Positions 1-11,919 of a stretch of 64,000 bases of DNA are shown here, in pieces. The first letter of the stretch is position 1; the number at the start of each line of letters is the position of its first letter. Both the position numbers and the translations under genes were made by a program. Origin of the DNA: Octopus vulgaris (Eukaryota); NCBI GenBank assembly GCA_951406725.2, contig OX597823.1, positions 66,278,001 through 66,342,000 on the forward strand, in the 5' to 3' direction. The notes under the pieces were generated by a model. The model searched no databases, was not told where the DNA came from, and saw only the letters and a program-made list of their open reading frames with translations.

Positions 1-148
1 TTCCACTCACTGTAGTCTATGCTAATTTCTGGTTTGTATGTCGCTCTACTGTCATTTTTTTCATTCTGTCAAAACCTTTAGAATTTCTATTGATGGTATG
101 AACATGTTTAAACATATAACGTGTCCCTTATCCTTGAAGTCTATGCAG

Positions 149-232
149 TCGTCTGATGAGAATGGTTTTCTTTGTAATGATGTAATGCTTTCCTTGATCA
201 ATGAAAGGAGTCGCTCGAATCGACCGTAAAGA
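149..232 (+). ncRNA. Degenerate type I hammerhead ribozyme motif (Penelope pLTR-like)
   Basis: CTGATGA at 153-159; long imperfect stem II (gaatggttttctttgtaatgat / atcaatgaaaggagtcgctc); then GAATCGACCGTA, read as a decayed GAAACGGCCGTA; next to a (CA)n(TA)n tract. Confidence 0.5.
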
Positions 233-254
233 ATGGACACGTATACATCTTTTT

Positions 255-275
255 GCACACACACATACACACACA

Positions 276-348
<73 letters not shown>
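255..348. repeat. (CA)n(TA)n microsatellite
   Basis: Seen directly; explains the ORFs at 61-440. Confidence 0.98.
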
Positions 349-349
<1 letters not shown>

Positions 350-1032
350 TATATATAAATGTTTCGAGCTTATTGATGAGATGTACCTGAAAGAGGCAAC
401 ACTGAACGAACTAAACAAAGCTTACAGCTTCATATATTAATCAGCCAACACGTTGACTGATTTGCTCCAGTAGATCACCCGATCGAGAAAGATATCAAAG
501 TTGCCTCCCTTTGGTACATCTCAATCCAGGACTAAAATCCATGGCACATACATATTTAGTGATTCCACGAGCGACTCATGCAACACACATAAATAAACTA
601 AATATGTAATTCTCATGGATTTTATTTTTGTTTAATATCATGTATTCGTCTTCAGAAAACAGGTTTTTTATTATGATATAGTGTACTCATTAATCAATTA
701 AAAGACTCGCTTGAAATGGCTGCGATGGACAGACATATGTCCATGAATTGTTACTTATTTATTGCTTATTTGCTTCTCTGGGAACCTCCTCATCGCGTAT
801 TCCGATGTATATTATGGACTGTATATCTAATAAAATGTACATGTCTGAATAGCTCACGAGGGGATGATATACTCAGTTTGGTCCAGTTAACTATATACAT
901 GACCTGAAAATCATTCTGCCAGTACTTCTGTACCAAGGTTGGTATTCATCTATAATTGTTTAATGTGCATTTTATTTCGACCTAACTAATGTGCATCACC
1001 TTTAAGTATCTTATTCAACTGCATCTTCTTTC

Positions 1033-1035
<3 letters not shown>

Positions 1036-1072
<37 letters not shown>

Positions 1073-1111
1073 CACACACTTCTACACACACACAGAAACA
1101 CAGAAACACCA

Positions 1112-1177
<66 letters not shown>
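1036..1177. repeat. (TA)n and (TA)n(TG)n microsatellites
   Basis: Seen directly. Confidence 0.97.
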
Positions 1178-2374
1178 AAATGTGGTGCGTGTATGTGTTT
1201 GTGTGTATGTGTATATAGTGTGGAATTAGGACTCCGCTTAAGGGTATCAAATATCGCACGGAACTTTGTCCAATTTGTGTAACAGATTGGACACATACTG
1301 AGATATTTGTGAAAGGCAATTCAAAATTGCACAGCAATACCTGAACCAATAGGCACATGATTTTATTTTAGCATACTTGTCATTTTTACGTCGATAGAGA
1401 TGCGAAGCAGCTGGATGTGTTTGCTCAAAATATATTAAAGGAATTTGACATTTTAACCTGTTTCCCCATTACACTGCTTGTAAAGAAAAGCAACAATGCA
1501 CTTATTAGTTTATATAACTCCCTATATTGGCATAATTAATGATATTTTAATCACACCATCTCGAGTAATTTGGACAGATGATGTAATATATCTAACAATT
1601 TATTATAGAGCGGACATTTTAATTGGATTCCACTTATACAATTAATTGATTGTTTGCATTAATACAACTGGCATTTAATATTTGCATTAACTGGAAATCC
1701 TACGGAGATTTCAGTTGGTTTTATGAATACACAGGCACACATTGCTACAGATCCGTGTCTAATTTGAAATAATGCAACACAAATCAATACTAAAAAGTCC
1801 AATGAATTATGTAATATGAGGGTAACAGTTCATTAATTAAACTTTGTTCAGGCTTATCATGAACCAAGATTCTCTTTTTTTTTTTCAGGATAAGGGAAAT
1901 GCTATTGTTGCTCCTGCTATTCCTAGTATTGACGCTCTTACTAATAACACCGCCACCATAGCAACAGTTTAAGTAACTATTATCACAATTATTACCACTA
2001 TTGCAAATAATTGTTTGTGAATTAATCTCAAAATGAGCTAACTTTCAGGGCCGTAGTTTCATCGAAAAGATCGATCCTTCACACTATTATATCAACCCCG
2101 GATGGATGAAAGAAAAAAGCAAGATCGGTGTGATTTGGACTCAGAAAATAAAAAGAAAGCTGGACAAATGCCACAAAGTACTTTTTCTCAGAGTTCTAAG
2201 AATATTCATAATGGTCTCTGATTTAGTTGTGAGTCCTACATTTTGAGGCAAAGCTGGAGGGTGATATTATCGATCCCTGAAATGGATACTACATTCATAA
2301 TAATAATAATAATACCTTGTAATATAGGTGCAAGGATTGGGATTTTGTGGGTAGAGGACACTATTCGAGTCCAT

Positions 2375-2522
2375 CGGCAGCAATTCTCAACGGCACTTAT
2401 TTTATCGATCGCGGAAAGAATAAATGCAATGTCCACCTCGGTGGAAATTGAAATGCGAACGTAAAGAATGACGAAATGTCACTAAGGCTTTCGTTCGGTA
2501 TGCTAACGTATCTGCCATGCCA
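2375..2522 (-). mobile_element. Degenerate SINE family A copy (an older copy lies at ~2060-2200)
   Basis: Matches the reverse complement of the 8824-9046 copy (acttattttatcga...gtccacctcggtggaaattgaa...tgctaacgtatctgcca). Confidence 0.75.
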
Positions 2523-2526
2523 AGTA

Positions 2527-2530
2527 AATG

Positions 2531-2608
<78 letters not shown>

Positions 2609-2649
2609 TTAATAATAATAATAATAATGATAATAATAATAATAATAAT

Positions 2650-2709
<60 letters not shown>
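2527..2709. repeat. (AAT)n microsatellite
   Basis: Seen directly; source of the poly-N and poly-I ORFs. Confidence 0.99.
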
Positions 2710-2929
2710 TGTCATAAATTTATTTCTTTGTGGTCTTTGTATCTAATAAAGAAATTTATTATTATTATATTTGTTATTAATAAAGCGAGCGGAAAGAATG
2801 TTATCGCAGACCCTCTGTTTGACAGAGATTAGATCATTTTATCACCACCTCACATCAGAGTAAGTTTAATGAAGCGTCTGTCGAAGACTGAACGCAAAGG
2901 GATTTGCTTTGATTGCATAATACCGCGGA

Positions 2930-3630
2930 TTTCCAGCGCTAAGCATGGAATAGTTGAAGGCAAATGTTTTGGACTGGTCACAGATCAGCGATTTCATGAA
3001 ACATCCATATCTCCAAAATTCAATGAACAATGCAGAGGTAAATGAACGGCCTTCGTTCTCTGTGATTCTAATAATTTTTCGTAGGAGTTTTAAAGCAGAT
3101 GACTTATTTGAATTACTAGACTGTAATATGAGCATTAAAATGAATTACCACCAAATTTATTGGGTCGTTTCCCAGACAACTTTGGTGACCTACGTTCCAC
3201 AAAGATATAAGAGCTATAGAAGAAATACAACTAAGACATTGTGATACCCTTATGATGGGGTATCACAATTCAAGGTGATTGTCCTGGAGCAATTCATCAC
3301 ATGAAGTCCATGAAACGACGCTTTCGTGAGACGTGTAAATAGATGAATATCTTATCAAAAATAACTTTGAACGCATATTTCACTATAATCTGTCCTTACG
3401 GATGTAATTTAAACATATTCTTGTATGAAGCTTTTTTCCAAAACGCAACAATAATGATTTCCTTGAAACTGATCGGGTGTACTAATAGTAAATTTTAGCA
3501 TGAGATATCTAGATAACCAGGACTGGTGGTAAAAAAAAACTGATAGCATATTTAGAATCAGCGACCAAATGGTCTCTAAAAACAGGTCTAATAACTTAGA
3601 CGCTAATTTCTATGCTCCCCAGTGTAATAA
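2930..3630 (+). pseudogene. Possible decayed hAT-type DNA transposase remnant
   Basis: Peptides KADDLFELLDC and CPGAIHH recall the PRDDYxELLEL and PGAxHHARWM motifs of hATm/CC8L18.2-like transposases; heavily disrupted. Confidence 0.25.
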
Positions 3631-4149
3631 ATATGGTGAGATATGTAAGCACTCATGAATAGTATCTTAATAGCACGCATCTTCAGTGCATCCAGTAGTC
3701 TTGACTCCATTTGTAATCACACAGCAGTCATCATACATCACAATCATAAAACAGTCTGGCAATGATCTTGAAATAACGCATATGTTTTAGAAACTTACGT
3801 GTCCAGTCAATACGTCTAGAAATAAACAGCTAACATTATTATTTTTATACAGCTTTTATCCTGCCTCAGTGATTATATAATGTGTTTTTGGCGGTTCTTC
3901 TTTTGATTTTTCTTGCTTCCGTGATCTCTCAGTCAGACTTTCAATCAATACAATGTTCACCGTTATTTTACTAATGCCAATTCTACTTCCAGTTTCACAA
4001 TGCCAATTCGATAATCCACCCTGCTTTACATTAACATAACGCACAGTTAAAATATTAATAATAAAACAAAATTGCACGTAATGAATTAGATGCTCGAAGT
4101 CTACCACTGGAAAGCATTTTGTAGGGAATAGCAATATGATGAAATAAAT

Positions 4150-4320
4150 TTTAAAAATTGTTGTATTTCGGAACGGTCATTTTTTTCTTTATCAAATAAA
4201 CACACGCACTATATATTCGTCCTCCACTCGTTTATCACTGTTCTTATCCTAATTCATGATCATTGTCCGGAAACCTTTCGTCACGCCCCTGTAACATTCT
4301 CAGCGACACCTTCCGTCTTC
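4150..4320 (+). repeat. Interspersed repeat, homologous to 34080-34240
   Basis: Shared blocks attgttgtattt(c/a)ggaa..tcatttt, aaacacacgcact.tatatt and ccgga...ctttcgtcac. Confidence 0.7.
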
Positions 4321-4512
4321 GTGTGTGCTCTTGCTCTGCTTAATGCATTCTGTTCTTCTATGATGTGTATTTTTATATGCGCATGCGTGTGGGGGCATCT
4401 CTGTGTGTGTGTACACGACAGCATGTGTGTCATTGTTCTTAGTAGCACTATGACCTTCCCTTCAGCCTCATCCGCTACCCCGTTGCTGATACCGCCCTTG
4501 AACCTGCTGCCA

Positions 4513-4564
<52 letters not shown>
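4513..4564. repeat. (TAG)n microsatellite
   Basis: Seen directly. Confidence 0.97.
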
Positions 4565-4999
4565 TGCCGTTGTTGTTCTTGTTCTTGTTTTTTTTGTCAT
4601 TGTTGTTTGTCGTGTTGTTTATATTGTTATGGCCGACAATGAAATTACCGTACTTGTGTTGGTGTGTGTATATGAGTTCGCTTCCTATGTTGTTTATATA
4701 TGTGCCCTTTATACATTTTGCATTCTCTATATTTTAAAAATTTATCATAGGTATGTGTATATATGTCTATTGTATGTGTATATATGTCTATTGTATGTGT
4801 ATTACGCTGTTTGTATCTGGGTTCATTTTTTTCTTTCAGTTTTTAGTCTTGTGTTGTGTGATGGGTGTTATTGTTCCCTTTGTGTTTTTTATTGAGGCTC
4901 GGTCTGTCTATTGTTATATGTGTAGCCTCTGTGATCTGTCTAAGTGTCGTGTCCTTTTTCACTGTGTTACGAAGGAATAATAATAATGGTTTCACATTT

Positions 5000-5450
5000 T
5001 GTCACTAGGGCAGCAATTTTGAGTGGGGTGTCGATTACATCTATCTCTGTGTTCAACTGGTTCTTATATTTTCGACCCCAAAATGATGAAAGGTAAATTC
5101 GACCTTTGCTGAATCTGAGCTCTGAACGTAAAGACGGACAAAACGCTGCTAAGCATTCCATCCGGCGTGCTAACGATTCTGCCAGCTCGCTGCCTCGATA
5201 ATAATTCTTTCTACAAGAAGCATCAGGGGTGAACTTTTAGAATAGGGTTCCATTCAATAACATTAACACCAGTACATGACTGGTACTTATTTTATTGACC
5301 TAGAAAGGATGAAAGGCCTAGTCGATCTCGGTGGCATTTAAACTTAGAACGTAAAGACGCACGAAGTGCCGCCTACCATATTTTCTGGAGTGGTAACTTT
5401 TATCCGAACTCACTTATCCGTCGCGCTAATGATTCTACCGCCTCAGTCCG
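5000..5450 (-). mobile_element. Two adjacent SINE family A copies (~5000-5200 and ~5240-5450)
   Basis: Each has gatgaaagg..gtcga(c)ct..g(g)..t(t)tga.ct..gaacgtaaagacg and gctaa.gattct.cc. Confidence 0.85.
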
Positions 5451-7487
5451 TAAAACGTTTTAATGTAGTTCTAATTCAAGGGCTATTATTCATTTATGAA
5501 ATAGAATACCATACCGCAGCTACTCAGATATTGTTATTTTTAAATGGAACCGTAATGTTTACATAGTGCGCGTGTTTATTTAAGTGGCTAATATTTCTCT
5601 CTCAGAAGATATTCTAGTCTTAATACATGATTTCAGATAAAATAAATATTCTTCAAAATATACAAGAAAGGAATTAGAATAATATTACTCACTATGTTAT
5701 ACCAGAGTTTCTAGCTTTACGACGCAGTCTTAAATTCTGAATATGTTATTTCGAAAAACAATACTTAATTATTAATTAGTCTTATCCTCGCTGATGGAAA
5801 GCAAATTCGTTATGACAAATATAAAGTAAATAAAATGGATTCCAAGTTTGCATTAAGGTCGAGGATATGGGTTGTAGTTTCATTTCTTACCATTTCTTTC
5901 TTATCAGTGTTCGCTAACCTTATTCTCACGTAACGATACCAGCTTTTATTGCCGCGTATTCTTGTAGCGTACATTCCAAGACATTTAACTGGACCATGAA
6001 GGAACGAAAGGCAAAGTTGAGTATGGCGTGATTTGAGCTTAAAATAGAAATAATATCAAAAATAAAGTACATTGCAACCTAGAATGCCCAGACAGTGACG
6101 TCTATGATTCCAGCATTCTTAACTAATTAAGAGCGTTTTTCAAAATATCCAATTAAATCTTGAAAATCGTAGGCTGGATGAAAGTTGATCATTTCTGTTT
6201 AAAAAATATAAATACGCTAGACTTTTTTAAAAAGTCGCGGATGGATTAAATTTTTTTCTAAGAAACTCGGACAGGTACACGCGATCCTGAATTCTAGTGT
6301 ACAACATACACGTCAATTTACATATATCAAATCAGCATTGTCTAACAGAACAATTCTCTCGGTAATAATGTTAGCAATATGGTTACATTAATAATATACA
6401 GCAGAAAATCATAAAACACAACATTGTTCTCAAAAATAATAGCATGACTCTTAACAGCAATTGATTTACTTGAAGATATGGTTCACAGGAAATTGCTAAT
6501 GGTTATTCCAATATACGAATCGCTCATAGTTTACTTCTGAAAATATGCAAAGTATCGTCGTATGTAATTTAGAAACAATATAATGATTAAGACACACTCT
6601 TTCGTTGTTTCCTTTCTTACAATATTATATCACTTGCAATGCTATTGCTTTTATGCATACACACATAAACACATATACACACACTACATACATACATATA
6701 AATGTATACGTATAATATAACACACACACATATATATACATATACACATATACATGTATATGCACTATATTTATAAGCACTATCTGTGTGTGTGTATATA
6801 TCTGAGCATGCCTTTATATATGTGATAATAAACACAGAAAACCTCAACGCACGCACGTATAACGTTTCTAAGAATTATATACTTGTGTGGACGTTCCCAT
6901 ATATGTTTATGTATGTGTGTGCACCTTTACGTTTGCGATTGAATATGTACGTGGGCACTACATTGCTTTTTATGTAAATGATATTCATAGTCAATTACAG
7001 TTTCTCTTTTTAATGCAGTTATTAAATTTATCGTAATTCCCTATAAATTATTTTACCATTCTTCGTATTGTTTGACGGAAAAGAGTAATTATGGATATTG
7101 TTATATGCTGAGATTTCCTCTTGGCCACTATAAAATCTCATATACGAAAGTGTTTAATCATACTCGTCTTCTCCATGTATTCTTAGCCATTTTATACGAT
7201 TTTCATGTTAGTGCCTGAAAATCAATTTCGTTTTACACAGCACATTGAAAAATCTAAGGATGCGTATATTAGAAGGCTTTAATATTTTTCGCTTTACTGA
7301 AAGTGTCTCGTCAATATTCAGAATCAGGCAAACATGCCTTTAAATATGTCTTTCACATGAGAATCCATGGTCAGATCCTTGAGCTAGCGTGGATGTATTT
7401 TAATGGCCTACCAATGCATACAATAAGGTTCTGTACGATAGGAGTCGGCAAGATACTCGGCAAGAAATGGAAACAAAGTTAAAATAG

Positions 7488-7508
7488 CAATAATAATAAT
7501 AATGATAA

Positions 7509-7603
<95 letters not shown>
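7488..7603. repeat. (AAT)n microsatellite
   Basis: Seen directly. Confidence 0.98.
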
Positions 7604-8048
7604 TGACTGTCCCAATCAACATAAAGGTATTTGTCAAGGTATTTGTAAATCTGAGCAAGTTTAAGGATCTTGAAATAGAAGTTGACGAAATGTGGAACCT
7701 CAAAGCTTAAACAATACCTGTTGACATACGTGCCCAAAGAATGATAGCAAAAGGAGCTGCCTGCAACCTAGATCAGATATCAGTGAATTTAAAATTGGAA
7801 GAAATTCAGAAAATAGTGCTCATGAAAACTTCCCATATCTACGTAAAATACTGTCTATGTAATCACAAATTTTAAAACAAACATAATTTTCTTGTGTTTT
7901 CTTAAACATTCTCTAGACTAATACAGTGTGTAAACCCAAAAATATGGCACCCTAGTCATAACACCAACTTGAACCTCTAACTTGTTGTTTCTTGAGGTCT
8001 CTGGGTGAGACTTGGCTTCAACTTGTAAATACAAACAAAAGTCAAGCA
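7602..8048 (+). mobile_element. 3' end of an R4/Dong-like non-LTR retrotransposon (RLE C-terminus plus 3' UTR)
   Basis: Translates to LSKFKDLEIEVDEMWNLKA*TIPV...MIAKGA...IQKIVLM; collinear paralog at 55911-56330; starts at an (AAT)n tract. Confidence 0.85.
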
Positions 8049-8317
8049 TGTACACTCTTCATCGGTGCCGGGAGGATTACAGACAACCTCGAACGCGGCC
8101 GAACTTGTGCTGAGAACGAAAGCCCAAACAAATACTGCCAAGTATCTTGCCCGACATGCTAAATATTCTACCATGTTTGTCGCCTGTTGAGTAATTAGAT
8201 TTAACAGATTATTTCTGCTAGCAGTTATTTCTATATGAATTCGAAAATACCTGTTGCGCTGGTTTCACTACGCGATTCGAACAGACAGCTGAAGGTTGAA
8301 AGGGGCAGAAGATCGAC

Positions 8318-9110
8318 GTTTAAAAAGTTTTGTTTATGGACGAAACTCGCGCTAATCTTGATGGAAGTGATTGGTGGTGCAAGGGATTGGTCGTAAATGG
8401 ACTAGATCTTCAACAACACTTGAGACGCTAACAAGGCGGAGGAGGCAACATGATTTTGGCAGTATTATGATTAGTCCTTGGAAAGAGCCGGATGGTGTTA
8501 AAATGACTGCGGACGCATACATAACCTTTCTGAGGGAGCTCCTTGAACCTTGGTTAAAAACTCAAAGAGTAACTTTCAAGTCAAACATAATATTCATGCA
8601 AGATAATGCACCTTTGCGCTCAGCTTAGAAACCTACAGACTATCTGCTGCAATGATGTTTCTGTGGAACTCGAAAAATGAAATGGCTTGCCTGTTCCCCC
8701 AGCTTGATCCCAATAGAAAACTTCAGTATTCTAAAGCGAAGACTTTTCGAGAATGGACGCCAATTTAGGAACAAGGGTGAACTGTGGCAGTCGATAGTGG
8801 ATGTATCATGTGGTATAACATCAAAGGCGGCGAGCTTGTAGAAACGTTAGCACGCCGGGCGAAATGCGTAGCCGTATTTCGCCTGCCGTTACGTTCTGAG
8901 TTCAAATTCCGCCGAGGTCGACTTTGCCTTTCATCCTTTCGGGGTCGATAAATTAAGTACCAGTTACGCACTGGGGTCGATATAATCGACTTAATCCGTT
9001 TGTCTATCCCCTCTGTGTTTAGCCTCTTGTGGGTAGTAAAGAAATAGGTATAACATCAGAGAAGTTCCAGAAATTAGCATGTGCCATTTCCAACTTATTT
9101 CAAAGGCTCA
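8318..9110 (+). mobile_element. Tc1-superfamily DD37E (TRT-type) transposase pseudogene interrupted by a SINE
   Basis: KVLFMDETRANLDG..RR*QGGGG..EPDGVKMTADAYITFL..IIFMQDNAP..WLACSPSLIPIEN; 37 codons between the D of QDN and the E of PIEN; frame resumes after the SINE as ITSEKFQKL. Confidence 0.9.
8824..9046 (+). mobile_element. Full-length tRNA-derived SINE family A with target-site duplication
   Basis: 5' ggcggcgagct, B-box-like gagttcaaattcc, central cctttcatcctttcggggtcgataaattaagtaccag; GGTATAACATCA at 8812-8823 and 9047-9058. Confidence 0.95.
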
Positions 9111-9321
9111 TATATCCCTTACTAACCAGTCGACCAATCATTTTAGAACAATGTTTATTTGTTTATTTCTATTTCTTCAATGTTGCGACTGTATGTGTTC
9201 AATTCAGTATGTGCATCAAGCAATTAAATTGGTATTTTCTTCTTTACATCAGTTTTAATTACACTTCGCTAATGATTTAAAACATTGAAAGTTTACATTA
9301 ATTTGGTAAAAGGTAATTTGA

Positions 9322-9463
9322 GGAAATTTCCCCAAGACACCTGAGGAAGGTTGGAGGGTATCAACCGAAACAAACAAAATGAGGACAAATATACGTCGAA
9401 TATAAATAATGTAAATAATGTAAACAATGTACATAATTCTTTATCTCTTAAATATAGAACTGT
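9322..9463 (+). mobile_element. Penelope pseudo-LTR fragment with partial hammerhead
   Basis: Homologous to 11703-11883 and to the reverse complement of 35860-35960; gacac CTGAGGA a ggttg...caacc GAAAC, with the 3' part of the motif deleted. Confidence 0.75.
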
Positions 9464-10083
9464 AAGGTTATATTTTTTGTGTTGTTTTACGGAGCCTAGC
9501 GTTCACTATGCACCACGCGCATATAAGTGGTGCCATCATTCGGTGAAAATTTCGTTGGATTCCAACGAATAAATGTTTCAAAAAATGTTACCTTGTTAAT
9601 AATTTTAAAATTAATGTGAGTGCGTGTGTGTGTGTGTCTGTGTGTAAACATGTATCAAAGCAAGTGCTTGAAATTAATTTAAAATGAGGAAAAATTTGTA
9701 ACTACCTTTTAACATAAATCTTGTAAAATAATTCTACATAAAGAGGAAACATCAGCAGGAGATATTTCCCGGCAATAACATAATTTTTATAGCCGTGGTT
9801 AACATACAGCAAACAACACTGTGTTGCCTGCAAGTCGTGCCTGAGATTACATTTTTTAGGTGATCATAATTAGAAATATTTCGAGTAAAACTATATTTGG
9901 TAATTCAGTTGCTGATGAGATTTTATATTGTTTTTTCAAATGCATAAAGTAACGATATCGTATAATTTTCTGCATATTCTACTGTAGTTTTGCAGTTCTT
10001 TTTGAAAGCACATCTTTATAGTATGTATCATATATGTCTGCATGCAAGTATTTATACACACATACACATACACTTATATATTG

Positions 10084-10152
10084 ATATATATATATATATT
10101 TATGTATATGTATATATGTGTGTATATATATATATATGTGTATATATATATA

Positions 10153-10216
<64 letters not shown>

Positions 10217-10222
10217 GTATAT

Positions 10223-10256
<34 letters not shown>

Positions 10257-10329
10257 ATATATACACATATATATATGTATATATACACATATATATATAC
10301 ATATACATACATATATATATGTATGTATG

Positions 10330-10368
<39 letters not shown>
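10084..10368. repeat. Long interrupted (TA)n tract
   Basis: Seen directly. Confidence 0.98.
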
Positions 10369-10371
<3 letters not shown>

Positions 10372-10438
10372 TAAAAAATGGAGTTAACGCAGGTTTAAAT
10401 AAGTATTTTTACTTTCTACATATGTAAAATACACTCAA

Positions 10439-10478
<40 letters not shown>

Positions 10479-10779
10479 GTGTGTGTATGTATATATCTAA
10501 AAGCGACAATTAACTTAACTGTGATTTAACTCAGGAGCTCAAAGGAGAGGATAGATGTTTTAGGGAGTAAACTAGGTACCAAGATCTGATTAAACACTGT
10601 GAAATGTTGGCAGTTGTTGTTCTTTCTATTTGAGATTGGCTTAAGTTGATTTCTAGTGTAGACTGTGCGGTAGATACTAATTCCTCAGAGAGTAGCATGT
10701 ATGGAGAGCCTGATGGCAACATGCAAGTTGGTGAAGCGGCGAAAGACATCGTGTAGGACAGTGCTGTGCCTGAAAAACA

Positions 10780-11653
10780 TCGCAACAGGCAACACAATTA
10801 CAGGCCGAAAACTTGTTTGCCACTGATGTGGAAATTATTGACTGGAATACTCGCAGACTCAATGTACGAACATCTGAAAAACAAAATGAACACCTGCCAC
10901 ATGAGCAGAAGAACAGCAAGCGTAAGTGCAGAGGTACCAAGGATCGAGACAGCAAGAGGAGGAAAAGTAACTTAGCCATGTGATGGATCGACTATCGTAA
11001 GGCGTACGATAGCATCCCACATTCCTGGATTATGGAGTGTATGACCCTGTTTGGGATTGCATCGAATGTTGAGCGAATGCTTGGAAAACGTATGGCGAAT
11101 TCGAGGACTGGCCTGACAGCATATAGAAGAAGTTTACGGACAGTAGAAATTAGCAGAGGCCACCTCCAAGGGGATTACCTATTCCCACTAATATTTGTAC
11201 TATGCATGACACTACTAACACTGATTTTGAGGAAAGCAAAGGCTGGGTATGTATTGGACACTTTGCAACAAGTATGGACTTGACAGAACAAGAAATTGGT
11301 AAGACCACAAATCTGAAGGCATAGCATGCCCAGCTGACAACAAGATATGCGATAAGGAAGAAAGAAAAGTCGAGAGATATGACAGGTTAGCTTGGTAAGT
11401 TATGCAGTTGTGGTCGATGTAAAAGATAGCAGTAGTACCAATAATCGTCGAAGCCCTGGGAACAGTGAGCAAACATCTCGAGAAATACGTGGAATAAATA
11501 TAGGCTGCAATACGGGTGGAGCACTTGATGAAAACAGCACTGCTTGGAACCGCTTGAATACTCCTGAAGGTGCTCGAAAATAAGAGGTGTTACTTTAGTT
11601 CGCCGGTAGTGAACAACTGACACTGTAGTACATCTCCAGCGTTAGAAAAAATC

Positions 11654-11655
<2 letters not shown>
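10780..11655 (+). mobile_element. Internally deleted R4/Dong-like LINE (RT N-terminal part fused to RLE end), followed by (TAA)n
   Basis: NYRPKTCLPLMWKLLTGI, WIDYRKAYDSIPHSWI, RGHLQGDYLFPLIFVLCM; then ACPADNKICDKEERKVERYDRLAW..VPIIVEALG..KVLEK*; paralog of 57429-58838. Confidence 0.9.
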
Positions 11656-11702
<47 letters not shown>

Positions 11703-11704
<2 letters not shown>

Positions 11705-11883
11705 TCAAAAATACCTCAGAAATGAGAACCCCGGTTCGAAATTTCACCAAGACACCTGATGAAGGCTGGAGGGTATATCAGCCGAAACGTGTTAACAACA
11801 AACAAGATTAGGACAAATATGCGTCAACTTTAGATAATGAAAATAATGTACATAATTCCTCATCTCTTAAATATAGAACTGTA
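11703..11883 (+). mobile_element. Penelope pseudo-LTR fragment with hammerhead motif at 11751-11793
   Basis: gacac CTGATGA a ggctg gagggtatat cagcc GAAAC gtgtt; matches the 3' end of the GIY-YIG element at 35856-36769. Confidence 0.8.
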
Positions 11884-11919
11884 CCCAAATTCCAGCGGAT
11901 CAAATTTCTATTAGTGATA

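Noticed and set aside
1872-1976. Strong polypyrimidine-CAG acceptor followed by a short open stretch and gtaact
   Set aside because: Weak donor, no recognisable peptide and no partner exons; cannot be supported without RNA data
2476-2832. Poly-Asn and poly-Ile ORFs (also 7400-7737, and the poly-M/poly-R start of 55771-56205)
   Set aside because: Trinucleotide microsatellites; only the C-terminal part of 55771-56205 is real, and it is LINE RLE sequence
8826-8912. tRNA-like sequence with A/B-box-like motifs
   Set aside because: SINE head that continues into the SINE body in many copies; no clean cloverleaf, so not called a tRNA gene
9979-10387. Long YI/IY-rich ORFs here and at 24457-24990, 53517-54504 and 56430-56836
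   Set aside because: Stop-free translation of (TA)n/(CA)n microsatellites, not genes
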